NCBI GenBank assembly: GCA_026770705.1
Contig: JANJGN010000052.1
Span: 248,001-312,000, forward strand
DNA: 64,000 bases
From: Isurus oxyrinchus
Taxonomy: Eukaryota
Direction of reading: 5' to 3'
Part shown: positions 1-11,571 of the stretch, piece by piece
How the letters are laid out: every line of letters starts with the position of its first letter
How positions within the stretch are numbered: the first letter of the stretch is position 1
The notes under the pieces: generated by a model
Database searches by the model: none
The model's input: only the letters and a program-made list of their open reading frames with translations
What the model was told of the DNA's origin: nothing
Program-made: the position numbers and the translations under genes

Positions 1-235
1 CTTCCCTCCTTTTATACTCCATCCCTTTGCAATAAAGGCCAACATTCCACTTGCCTTCCTCATTCCGTGAATGCTTACTTTCTGTGATTCATGTGCAAGG
101 ACACCCAGATCCCTCTGTACTGCATTCTGCAGCCTCTCTCCATTTAAATAATATCCTGTTTTTCTATTCTTCCTGCCAAAATAATTTGTTGTAGTCCTCC
201 TCAGTATTGACCATCCCCCCAATTCAGCCTCATCT
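1..235 (-). mobile_element. CR1-type LINE RT remnant in the leader-V intron
   Basis: Reverse complement of the CR1-like segment at 62740-62980 (RDLGVLVHES..KASG.LAFI). Confidence 0.75.
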
Positions 236-299
236 GTAAATTTGAGTCTAGTGGATCCACAAACCATCCAGAGTTAAATATTGATATTTCTCTCCCCAG

Positions 300-668
300 T
301 TGGACTGTCACAAGAGTGGAAAGGTGACACTCCACGAGAGGTGACAGCGCAGGAAGGTTCGTGTGTACAGATTCCCTGTCATTACAGTTATCCATCGTGT
401 CTGGAAAACCAACCGCGAGGTGGAGTCTGGTTTAATAATGAGAAACAGATTCCCTGGGCTGCCATTGCCTTTCACTCCAAGGATCACAGTCACGAGTTAC
501 CACGGTTCCACCATCGGACCCGGCTGTCTGGAGACCTGAAAGATGGCGACTGTTCCCTGATTATAAACAACATCAGACGGGAAGATGCGGGACCTTATTT
601 TTTCAGAATAGAATTTGACAATGGTCCGAGCCATAACTATTACCCTGTAACCCAGCTTCACGTTTCTG
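300..668 (+). CDS. Siglec V-set Ig exon (sialic-acid-binding domain)
   Basis: ccccag|TT acceptor and CTG|gtaag donor, 369 nt. CxxxxC in strand B, Cys in strand E, F-strand YFFR with the essential Arg and no F-strand Cys. Confidence 0.92.
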
Positions 669-3512
669 GTAAGTGCTGTGTTATAATTACTCAACAATTC
701 ACATCCAACACTCAATGGGAAATAACACAAACTGTGACATTTACATATTAACACAAAACACAGCTTATTATAACACACTGTCTGATTCTCAATAACCTGG
801 TGATAGCTTCCAGTTCAGTCCTAAAGCAACCTCTAATACTCACTTTAACATGAATGATTAAATGTATTGACTGTGTCCATCAATGTTATCAGGTTATCCA
901 CTCCCATCGATCTCCCTAACCCTGTATGACAGTCTTACATATCGACAAAAGAAAGATTCCCATTTCTATAGCGCCGTTCAACACCTCTGTACATTGCAAA
1001 TGGATTCATAACCAATGAAATAATTCTTGAAATGTTGCCCTTGTTGTAATATGGGACACACAGCAGCCAATTTATTCACAGGAAGCTCCCAGAAACAGCA
1101 ATGTGATCAATAACCTGATCATCTGTTTTAGATGCCGGTTCAGTGATTGGTTCAAATGGATTCTCTCCTGCTGGGAACAGGATAGAATTTTAATCTGGCA
1201 GATTTCGGAGAAAGTAACAAGCCAGTGTGTCAGGAACTGTGAGCTGCTCCCCCACCCTCACCTGGGATTGTCAATTCAATTGTCTCAAAGTGGAAGTGAA
1301 TTCATCTGAGAGACAGAAACTCCACTAAGTCTGAAATTAGGAAATTCTCTCCTGATCGTTGTAATCTCTCAATTCTGATATCATCCTTGTAAAAGTGCTT
1401 TCTCTTGTGGGACTGTGGTTTCTATTTGAACTGATGTTTCACGTTATATTTCTCTAAAAGGATCCATCCTCTGTCTGTTAGATTTCACAGATAAACCCAC
1501 GATATTCCCTGCTGAAATTATAGCAGGAAAGTGTGTGGATGTAAGCTGCACCTTCAACACAACGTGCAATGGAACAGCAGCACCTGTCTTAACCTGGGAC
1601 ACTCCCACTGACGTACCTGGATCAGTCTCAAACACTGTAACTCAGCATGGTGTCACTCTGACCTATACTTCTGTTCTGACCCTGATCCCATCACTCAAAC
1701 ACCATGGACACACTCTCAGCTGCAGAGTGAGATATCCATCTGTTTCATCGGAGCGGACCCTCGTACTAACTGTGCAAGGTAAGTACCGACACCTTTCATT
1801 CTACATCAGCACTCCCTCAGCGCTGACCCTCTGACAGTGCAGCCCGTTCTCAGTATCTACATTCTCAGACCTCTCAAAGTGCTTCACAGTCGATAGAAGT
1901 TAACTGATCTTTATATGATTATTACTGAATGAAGAGACAATCTGTCTAAAGTTTACAGCTCGCACACATTATTTTCCATGGCAACACCGCCTCCAATCAG
2001 AGACCACTTGCCAATCAATCAGCACTCTCTTCCCATTAAATATAAATTGTTGTTCACTTCCTGTTGGTAAACCTGTGATCTGTCATGTTGAGTCCTGCCC
2101 TGACATCTGAATATCACAATGAACAGAACAAGTTCCAACAATGAGCTGTGGTTCGTGATTCCTCATGTTACATCCAGGGACACTGGAGACTATCAGTGTG
2201 TGGCAGAGAATGAACATGGAGCAGTGGAGGGTTTCATAACCATCACTGTGGAATGTGAGTGTACACAGACTTCAACAGCTCTCTCAGATTCAAACACTAC
2301 ACAAACACACACAATTATACAAACCTAAATAGACACGTGCAGACACACAATCCCACATGTATGAGCACACAAAAGGACACACTCACAAACAAACACACTA
2401 ACACATTCTCCCCCATGGGTTACCTGACCTCCCTCAGTGCTGCACCGGAGAGTTGACATGGATTCTGGGAGTTGTATTCCCTTTCAAGTTTATGGAAGAA
2501 CGCGGTAATTGCAAAGTCTATTAGACACCCAGGTGCACAGAGATTCTCACAGATACTCTCTGCCTCTCTAACTCTCTATCCTCCTTTAAAAAGCTTCCTG
2601 AAATCTAACCCTTTGACCAGTCACCTGTCCCAACTCCTCCTTATGTAATTCTGTGTGAAATGTTGTTTGAGTATCTGACAGTAAGAGAGAGATGGAGAGG
2701 TTTACGAAGGAATTTCTATTGGTGAAAAGCTTACATTATGTTCTCACCTTTCCAGAGCCCATTTTGCACATGATGTCCAATGTCCAAGATCATAATGGGG
2801 ATTGAATATGTAAACGTCACGCTGCAGTTACACTCTGCCACCAGTGGTGGCATGGTAGCACTTAACACTTGCATCTCCCAGCTTTTCAAGCAATTTCACT
2901 TCCCAATTTGCTACTACTCACTTCAACCACTCCCTGTGGGAGCGAGTTCCACATTCTCTCCTCTCTCTGGCTAAAGATTGGAACTGTTTATTAAGCGGGG
3001 GGTGTAAGTCCGTGGGGGAGTCCATCTCGATCCTGCCCGATTCGCACACACGGCTGAGATGGATTTCCACCCTGCACTAAACGTTTCCAGAATTTTCTAC
3101 AGCACAATCCTGTACACAGCGATGGAGAGAAACATTGGACAGGGAGTCCAACAGCACAATGATCCATTCTCACCAATGTTCCACGCTAAGGGGAAAGTTC
3201 TGATTGTCCACTCTTAGAGTGTTTACAATGAAAACATTCATTCCACATTGAATCCCAGTGGATGGGTCAATATTACAGCAAATGTTGCAGTGATATGAAG
3301 CTTGATTGTTCAGCCAGAGTGAGAGATTGAAAGCGGAGAGTCAGTGATGATTTCTTTCTGTGTGTTCTCTAGACAGTGGAGGAGAGATTCTGCACGTGAT
3401 CCTGATCCTGGGAATACGAGCTGTGATATTCCTTGTGGCTGTGGTTATCACTATCGCTGGAGTCTGTGTCTGGGAGAGACAAACAGTGAAAGGAAGTCGA
3501 CAGACTGTTTGA
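300..3512 (+). CDS. Siglec-like (CD22/MAG/CD33-related family) activating-type receptor, left copy; exons 300-668 (V), 1482-1778 (C2), 3373-3512 (TM+tail); leader exon outside window
   Basis: AG/GT boundaries and all phase-1 junctions give an open frame. Siglec V-set signature SCVQIPC...W...GDLKDGDCSL...YFFR. TM ILILGIRAVIFLVAVVITIAGVCVW with Arg, then a 12-aa tail without Tyr. Confidence 0.8.
1482..1778 (+). CDS. Siglec domain-2 C2-set Ig exon
   Basis: gttag|AT acceptor and CAAG|gtaag donor, 297 nt. DFTDKPTIFP...SCTFNTTC...LTW...LSCRV includes the extra Cys expected for the V-C2 interdomain disulfide. Confidence 0.9.
2101..2254 (+). pseudogene. 5'-truncated C2-set exon remnant
   Basis: MNRTSSNNELWFVIPHVTSRDTGDYQCVAENEHGAVEGFITITVE with an intact gtgagt donor. 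Homology to the central C2 exons begins only at ~2101; the acceptor, first Cys and Trp are missing. Confidence 0.8.
3373..3512 (+). CDS. Terminal TM/cytoplasmic exon with intramembrane Arg
   Basis: ttctctag|AC acceptor. Reads (D)SGGEILHVILILGIRAVIFLVAVVITIAGVCVWERQTVKGSRQTV*; Arg codon CGA at 3417-3419. Not in the ORF track in this frame. Confidence 0.82.
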
Positions 3513-3539
3513 AGCTTTGTGCAGCAACAATCTCATTAT

Positions 3540-4135
3540 GGAACAGAAGGACGGCATTCAGCCCATCGACTCCATGCTGTCTCTCTGTAGAGCAATACAG
3601 TCAGTCCCATTCCCCCGCTCTATCCCCGTATCCCTGCAAGTTTATTTCCCCTCAAGTGTCCGTCCAATTTCCGTTTGAAATCGTTCATCGTCTCCGCTTC
3701 CACCATCCTCGTAGGCAGCGAGTTCCAGCTCATTACCACTCGCTGTGTAAAAAAGTTCCTCCTCACATCCCCCCTCTGCCCACAACCTTCAATCTGTGTC
3801 CCCCAGTCCTTGTCCCATCAGCTAATGGCAACAGCTTCTCTTTGTCTACCTGATCTAAACCCATCATCATCTTGTACACCTCGATCAGATCCCCCCTCAA
3901 TCTCCTTTGCTCCAAGGAGAACAACCCCAGCTTCTCCAACCCAACCTTGTAGCTAAAATCCCTCATCCCTGGACCCATTCTGCTCAATCTCCTCCCCACC
4001 CTCTCAAGGACCCTCACTTCCTTCCCAAAGTGAGGAGACCAGAACTGGACACAATACTCTAGTTGTGACCTAACCAGAGCTTTATAAATGTTCAGCATAA
4101 CCTCCCTGTGTTTGTACTCAATCCCTCCATTTATG
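3540..4135 (-). mobile_element. CR1-type LINE 3' fragment
   Basis: YKALVRSQLEYCVQFWSP...LGLFSLEQRRLRGDLIEVYK, typical of the CR1 ORF2 C-terminus. Confidence 0.88.
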
Positions 4136-4494
4136 AAAAGCTTATTCTTTCCATCAGCACAAACAGCAATTTCCAAGCGGACTCCCATCAGCAGACAGAG
4201 TGCAATGAAACATCGACATGCCTGCTTCTTAATGTACGGAGAGAATCCTGGAACGAGAGATTCTCCTTCTTCTCCTCAGCAAGCTGAAACTTTTCCTTAT
4301 ACCTGGTGCTCCCCAGTGCTGCTGTGTGGACACATCATAACCACGGCATTGTCTGGCTGTGTGCAGCCAACATGGTCGAATAGGAATGAACAGAAATGTG
4401 ACGTTGCTAAACTCTGTTCTCTGATTGGAATGTGCTTTCTGAATGCTGCACCTTTTTCATGCTGCGATAGATTGTAAGAAGCATTTGGCTTATG

Positions 4495-4500
4495 AATAAA
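4495..4500 (+). terminator. Candidate polyadenylation signal (AATAAA) of the left activating Siglec
   Basis: AATAAA inside a block homologous to the 3' UTR of the central inhibitory gene. Confidence 0.4.
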
Positions 4501-4844
4501 ATTACATTGATTAACTCAAGTGATTAAAATGCTCAGCCTGTTCTGTAGATATTTAGAGATTAAAATTCTTATTTTGCTGCAAAATTCTTGGCTCAAAGAC
4601 ATTACTTCATGTTGTCACGTTTTCCAATCAGATGAATTCCTCTGTCCATCTTTATAATAGAAATTTCCAATGTAAACATGTCACATTGTAGCTGCACACA
4701 CTTGCCAGTGGCTGGTGTGATATCAAAGCTGTCTTGCTGCTCAGAAACAGCGAGAAATATTCCTGTTGTGTGCATGAACTTCATGTTAGCATGAGACACA
4801 GGCATCAGATGCAATTTTGTGCAATTTGTACAATGTTCTTTAGA

Positions 4845-5460
4845 CAGCGCAGCACTCCCTCAGTACTGAACCTCCAACAGCGCAGCACTCCCTCAGTTCA
4901 GACCCTCCTACAGTGCAGCACTCCTTCAGATCAGACCCTCCGACAATGCAGCACTCCCTCAGTTCAAACCCTCCGACAGTGCAGCACTCCCTCAGTTCAG
5001 ACCCTCCGACTGTGCAGCAGTCCCTCAGTTCAAACCCTCAGACAGTGCAGCACTCCATCAGTTCAGAACCTCCGACAGTGCAGCACTCTCTCAGTTCAAA
5101 CCATCCGACAGTGCAGCACTCTAACAGTTCAAACCCTCCGACAGTGCAGCTCTCCCTCAGTTCAAACCCTCCGACAGTGCAGCACTCCCTCAGTTCAGAG
5201 CCTCCGACAGTGCAGCACTCCCTCAGCTCAGACCCTCCGACAGTGCAGCACTCCCTCAGTACTGAACCTCCGACAGTGCAGCACTCCCTCAGTTCAAACC
5301 CTCCGACAGTGCAGCTCTCCCTCAGTTCAAACCCTCCGACAGTGCAGCACTCCCTCAGTTCAGAGCCTCCGACAGTGCAGCACTCCCTCAGCTCAGACCC
5401 TCCGACAGTGCAGCACTCCCTCAGTACTGAACCTCCGACAGTGCCGCACTCCCTCAGTTC
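4845..5460. repeat. 33-bp minisatellite (acagtgcagcactccctcagttcagaccctccg)
   Basis: About 18 tandem units; source of the spurious QTLRQCSTPSV ORFs. Mirrored, shorter, at 57555-58035. Confidence 0.92.
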
Positions 5461-6967
5461 TTCTCCGCCGATGCTGCCAGACCTGCTGAGTTTTTCCAGG
5501 TATTTCTGTTTCTGTTTCTGTTTTGGATTTCCAGCATCTGCAGTTGTTTTGCTTTTAGTGCTGGGCAGTTCCTCAGCAAGGATTCGGGCCACAAAACATT
5601 GCGAGTGCTGTGGGTCTGCGCCACGATTTAGAGAGCTGTGCTTGGCACGCCTATTCTAGTCCCAGTCCAGTGTGGTGGGGAGAGTCTGGCAGTCCTGGGT
5701 TGGTGGTGCCCAGCATGGTGTGCAGGACGTGGTCAGTCCCTCACACACGTCGGTCCTGGGGGTGGGTGGCTTGATACTAGGCCGCAGGTGGCACAATCCC
5801 AGTCAGGGGAGGCATCTGCAGCCTGTCAGTGGGGAGCAGGTAATATAGAGAGTAGGGGTGGGGGTGGGAATCGAGGGGGGCCGGTGGTCTCTGTAAGTCA
5901 CGGTACAATGGGCCTCTAGTTGGAGAGAGGTCAGGTCTACATGGGGCATTGGGATGTCAACATCAGACAGTCTAGGGAGGAGGACTGGGATGTCAACCCC
6001 GAACACAATAAGATCAAGGATTAGAGAGGAAGGGAGGAGACTGATTGGAAGGAGGGGAATGTGCACATTATGCTCCTCCAGCACGATGGGAGGGACTGTG
6101 ATGGTTACGGGGGTGGGGGAGTGACGTGTGAGGGGATAGACGCTTACCTGGTGGTATTGCCTCAGCCTCACCCTTTTTCAAGCTGATCCAATGTCGCAGT
6201 TGAAGAATAAGCTACAAAACAAATTGGCAGGGGAGGTCTCCCAGGGCCTGTGGGAGACATCACCCACTGCATCTTCGGCCTGTTTGAAGGGGCACCCGAA
6301 CAATTCCGGCTTTTCCAAATGATGAGGAAGACACAGCTGCACCCCGAGTCCCCTACTGGGGATCCAGAAGGTTGCAATAGCGCTGCGAGGGACTCATGGG
6401 CTCCACAGTGACTCCCTAATTAGCGACTGGAAGGTTTATGTTCATTTATCTTTATTATCCGTTCATATTGAGCAATGGAGCTCCTGATCTGTCACCTTTC
6501 TGTACCTCGTCCAATGCTTCTGTTATCAGGACTTCCACATCGATGTGAAAGAGCCATGATGATAGCAGACAGTCGCACAATGGGAATGGCACTAGGCCAG
6601 TGATCCAGAGGCCCAGGTGAATGCTTTGAAGGCACGGGTTCAAATCCCACCACGGCAGCTGGAGGAATTTCAATTCGATTAATCAATAAATTTAATTGAT
6701 TGATACATTTTTTTCTTATTCATTTCAGGGATGTTGGTGTCGCTGACTAGGCCAGTATTTGTTGCCCATCCCCAATTGCCTTTGAGAACATCTGGATATC
6801 TGAGTTAGGATCAGGAGTAGGTCACTCAGCCCCTCGAACCTGCTCCGCCATTCAGTAAGATCATGGCTGATCTGATTGTCACCTCAACCTCACATTCCTG
6901 CCTACCCCCAATGACCTTTCACCCCCTTGTTAATCAAGAATCTATCTAGCTCTGTGGAAGGGGAGCC

Positions 6968-8905
6968 AATCAATTGGGCTGCTTTGTCCTGGATGGTGTC
7001 GAGCTTCTTGAGTGTTGTTGGAGCTGCACTCATCCAGGCATGTGGAGAGTATTCCATCACACTCCTGACTTGTGCGTTGTAGATGGTGGACAGGCTTTGG
7101 GGAGTCAGGAGGTGAGTTACTGTCTGCAGGGTTCCCAGCCTCTGACCTGCTCTTGCAGCCACAGTGTTTATATGGCTGGTCCAGTTCAGTTTCTGCTCAA
7201 TGGTAACTCCCAGGATGTTGATATTGGGGGATTCATTGATGGTAATGCCATTGAATGCCAAGGGGCGATGGTTATGAATGGTCTGTGGAATATTCTGGTA
7301 CAAAATTTCAACACTCGGACTCCAGATGCAATATTCAAGTGGTTCCTATATTACGCATGTGGGGAGCAAACGCTGGGCAGTCCAGGCGCTTCTCCACCGA
7401 GGTTCAAATGAGCACAGTTTATATATTTTTACTCTCAGTTACAACGTAATGGTATTAGTTAGACAAAGGCCACAGCACAATGACCCCCCGGTGGGCTGAT
7501 AATTGTGTTCTTGTACAGTAATTACAGGGCAGAGACTGGCTATTGTCCTTTTGAGACAGCAAAGAATCTATGTTTGTTCGCTACAAAAGGTTTCCGGGGG
7601 CTGACTGGATGTGGTTCAAGGCCATCGGACGGTGTGAAATAACCTTCCCCATTTCTTGATTGAGTCACCCAGTGTCCTTGTGTGTGTGTCTCCCATTTCC
7701 TCATTGCAAATTTCCAACGGATCCCTTAGTACAGGTTTTTAAGTTTTCACGTAAGGATGTGTACGCTTTGGCGCCCTAGCTGTTGGTCCTGGCTGGCTCT
7801 TGAACATAAATCCAAATTTTCTGCACCTTCAATGAGATTCTCTCTTGTTGGAGTTGGTCATTGCTTGGTACTTGTGTGGCATGAATGTTACTTGTCACCT
7901 GTCAGCCCAAGCCTGGATGTTGTCCAGGTCTTGCTGCATTTGGACATAACTTGCTTCAGTATCTGAGGAGCCGTGAATGGTGCTGAACATTGTGCAAACA
8001 TCAGCAAACATCCCCACTTCTGACCTTATGATGGAAGGAAGGTCATTGATGAAGCAGTTGAAGATGTTTGAGCCTAGGACACTACCCTGAGTAACTCCTG
8101 CAGTGATGTCCTGGAACTGAGATGATTGACCCCCAATAATCACAACCATCGTCCTTTGTGCTGGGTATGACTCCAAGCAGCGGAGAGTTTTCCCCCGATT
8201 CCCATTGACTCCAGTTTTGCTCGGGCTCCTTGATTTGCCACACTCAGTCAAATGCTGCCTTGATATCAAGGACAGTCACTCTCACCTCTGGAGTTCAGCT
8301 CATTTGTGCATGTTTGAACCAAGGCTGTAATGAGGCCAGGAGCTGAATGATCCTGGTGGAACACAAACTGAGCGTCAGTGAGCAGGTTCTTGCTAAGCAG
8401 GTGCTGCTTGCAAGCACTGTTGATGACCCCTTCCATCACTTTAGTAATGATCAAGAATAGACTGCTGGGGAATTGGCTGGGTTGGATTTGTCCTGCTTTT
8501 TGTGTACAGGACGTACCCCATAGCCGGGTAGTTGCCAGTGTTGCAGCTGTACTAGAAAATTCCAGAAAAGCTTGGCTAGGGGCGCAGCAAGTTCTGGAGC
8601 ACAAGTCTTCAGTACTATTGCCAGAATATTGTCAGGGCCTGGAGCCTTTGCAATATCCAGTGCCTTCAGCCCTTTCTTGATGTCACGTGGAATTAATCGA
8701 ATTGGCTAAAGATTGGCATCTCTGATGCTGGGGATCTCCGGAGGAGGCCGAGATGGATCACCCACTCAGCACTTCTGGCTGAAGATTGTTGCGCATGCTT
8801 CAGTCTTGTCTTTTGCACCGATGTGCTGGGCTCCTCCATCATTGAGGATGGGGATATTTGTGGAGCCTCCTCCTCCAGTGAGTTGTTTAATTGTCCATGA
8901 CTGGA
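6968..8905 (-). mobile_element. Degenerate non-LTR retrotransposon (CR1/L2 group) reverse transcriptase, interrupted at ~7274-7843
   Basis: Frameshifted motifs GVTQGSVLG, MFADV, QDLDNIQAWAD, QVRSVMEYSP, LDTIQDKAA. Confidence 0.88.
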
Positions 8906-10769
8906 TGTGACATCTGGAATGCGAAGCTAGTCTCAGTAATGGTGACCATGAAACTAAGGCCAATTGTTGCAAAAACCCATCTGGGTCACTAATGCCCTTT
9001 GGGGAAGGAAACCTGCCGTCCTTACCCATTCTGGCCTACGTGTGACTCCTGACCCACAGCAATGTGGTTGACTCTTAACTGGCCCCTGAAATGGCCGAGC
9101 AAGCCACTGAGTTATATCAAAACCCGCCACAGACCAGTCAAACCAGGTGAACTGCAGCACTTCGAAAAGGCAGCTCAGCACCCCCTTCTCAAGGGGTCAG
9201 TCAGGAACAGGTAACAAACGCTGTCCACATCCCGTGAAAGAATTTTGGTAAAAAGGTAACGTGTATCACCAGTCACGGCCAGCGCCAACCCCCCCACCCC
9301 TACCTGATTGCACCAGTTTCAGATTACACCAGGTCAATGAACGGATAGAAACTCAAACCAATGAGATGAGCACAGAGAAGGATCAAGCCAGAGAGAGTTG
9401 GTGGGAAGAATTGGGAAAGCAACAAAAAAGGCAGAGCGGACACTAACACTATAACAAAGTAAAGACCAGAGGAGGAAGGAAGCAAGTGCGAAGAGGAATT
9501 GAGAGTAGAGCTGGTAGGCTGCTTGTCGAAGCCAAGGAACCTCCATAGGTCACACCCACAGTGCTGTTGGGGAGGGTGATACATGATTTTGACCCAGGAT
9601 CATCAAGTGTTGCACTGGCAGAGCCTTTAAAGTAAAGGGACCTTTACTACCCATGCACCCCCCCGCCCTACAAAGCTGTTGACCTGCTGAGTCCACCTGT
9701 ACAGGCAACCTCCAGACAGTTGGCTACAGAGGCCATTGCAGCTGCTGAATATGACTTCCAGTTTCAAACCCTTCATGAATGCAAGGATGGAGAATTCAGC
9801 AGGAATATTCCTGCACATCCTGTGGCAGATCCTGTAAATAAAAGGGACCTTCACTCACTCCCCAAAGCTGCTGACCTGCTGATTCACATCTACAGGCAAC
9901 CTCCAAATAGTCAACTAGAGAAGACAACGCAGCTGCTGAATGTGACTCCTAGTTTTAAACCCTTCACTCTGGAAAGAAGGAATCCAGTGCAATGGCCTCA
10001 GTATGATTCTTCACAGAAACTGATTTTAAATCTCATGTCTAAGTATTATTTTTCCTTTGCTTACATTTTAATCCCTGCACCTGATGGCTTTATCGCTTCA
10101 ACTTAAATAACTTTCAGCAGGAGCCAGGTTCAAATTGAATGGACAAGCAGGCTTGGGGGGCCAAAAGGCCTACTCCTGCTTCTGTTTATTTATGTTGGTG
10201 TTGTTATGTAGTGGAACTAGAGAGGTTATAGCAGTTATGAGAACATTAAGCAAACAGCAGCAAGAATTGAACACCTACGTTGTGGTTTATGAAAAGGTTT
10301 TTAACCTGGTCAACTGGTAAAATCTGTTGAAAGTGGGCTATCATGGCGTGTGCCGTTTGTGTGATATTTGTAACAACGTTCTCGATGTCGGAACAGTTTG
10401 CATTGAACAAAGCTGATCTTTACCCAGAACTTCAGAGGAAGGGGGGACAATTGTTCCCTGGTGTGGGGGGCATGGTGGGAGGGGAGGGTGAGGGGGAGAC
10501 AAGTAGCCTGAAATACCAAGCCAGACACTTTGTGAAGACAAAAGTTGTTTATTCATTTTTTTTCACAAATCATAATCTTTACAATTAAAGTCCCGACAAG
10601 ATAATGGTGAATCATGAACACATTGTCGGGGTGAATCTGTGCCCGGGAGCATAAAGCAGCAAAATCAAAATCCCGCTTTACATCTCTCTGAATTTTAACT
10701 ATCATTAACCCCAGTAACATCCATTCAAATGACTTAGTCATAAGATTCCTCACACATTCACTTGCACAC

Positions 10770-11240
10770 TCACACACCCACACCCACACAGACACACTGA
10801 CACACTCACTCATTCACATTGACACACACTGACACAGTCACACACACCCACACAGACACACTGACACACTCACTCATTCACATTGACACACACTGACACA
10901 GTCACACACACCCACACAGACACACTGACACACTCACTCATTCACATTGACACACACTGACACAGTCACACACACCCACACAGACACACTGACACACTCA
11001 CTCATTCACATTGACACACACTGACACAGTCACACACACCCACACAGACACACTGACACACTCACTCATTCACATTGACACACACTGACACAGTCACACA
11101 CACCCACACAGACACACTGACACACTCACTCATTCACATTGACACACACTGACAGTCACACACACCCACACAGACACACTGACACACTCACTCATTCACA
11201 TTGACACACACATATTGACAGTCACACACACACACACACA
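10770..11240. repeat. ~58-bp CA-rich tandem repeat
   Basis: Repeated cacagacacactgacacactcactcattcacattgacacacactgacacagtcacacacacc. Mirrored at ~51960-52260. Confidence 0.85.
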
Positions 11241-11571
11241 CGCTCATAAAGACAGACACAAACACAGTCACGTGAGGTGAATAGTGTCGATGTATTTAAG
11301 GGGAAGCTGGATAAACACACGAGGGAGAAATGAATAGAAGGATATGGTGATGGGGTGAGATGGAGAAGGGGTGGGCGGAGACTCGTGTGGAGCAGAAACA
11401 CCAGCATGGAGCAGATGGGCCGAATGGCTTCTTTCCCTGCTGTAAAACGCAGGTAAAGTTTCAGTTGGAATTAATGAACAGGGCCTGTGTGAAATAGATT
11501 GCTAAGCAATGATAAGGAGGGGAGAGGCTGTGGCATGGTGCAGGATGACCTTGCGTGAATGAGGCCAGGGT

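Noticed and set aside
300-3512. Naming the receptors MAG, CD22, SIGLEC15 or CD33
   Set aside because: Family signatures are clear, but orthology needs a phylogeny. The domain number and TM Arg match none of them exactly.
3344-3853. 169-aa ORF MMISFCVFSRQW...
   Set aside because: It is a wrong-frame reading of the TM exon running into an antisense CR1.
4734-5659. Long repetitive ORFs (QTLRQCSTPSV, TVQHSLSSNPP, RECCTVGGS) here and at the other 33-bp arrays
   Set aside because: They are translations of a stop-poor 33-bp minisatellite, open in several frames on both strands.
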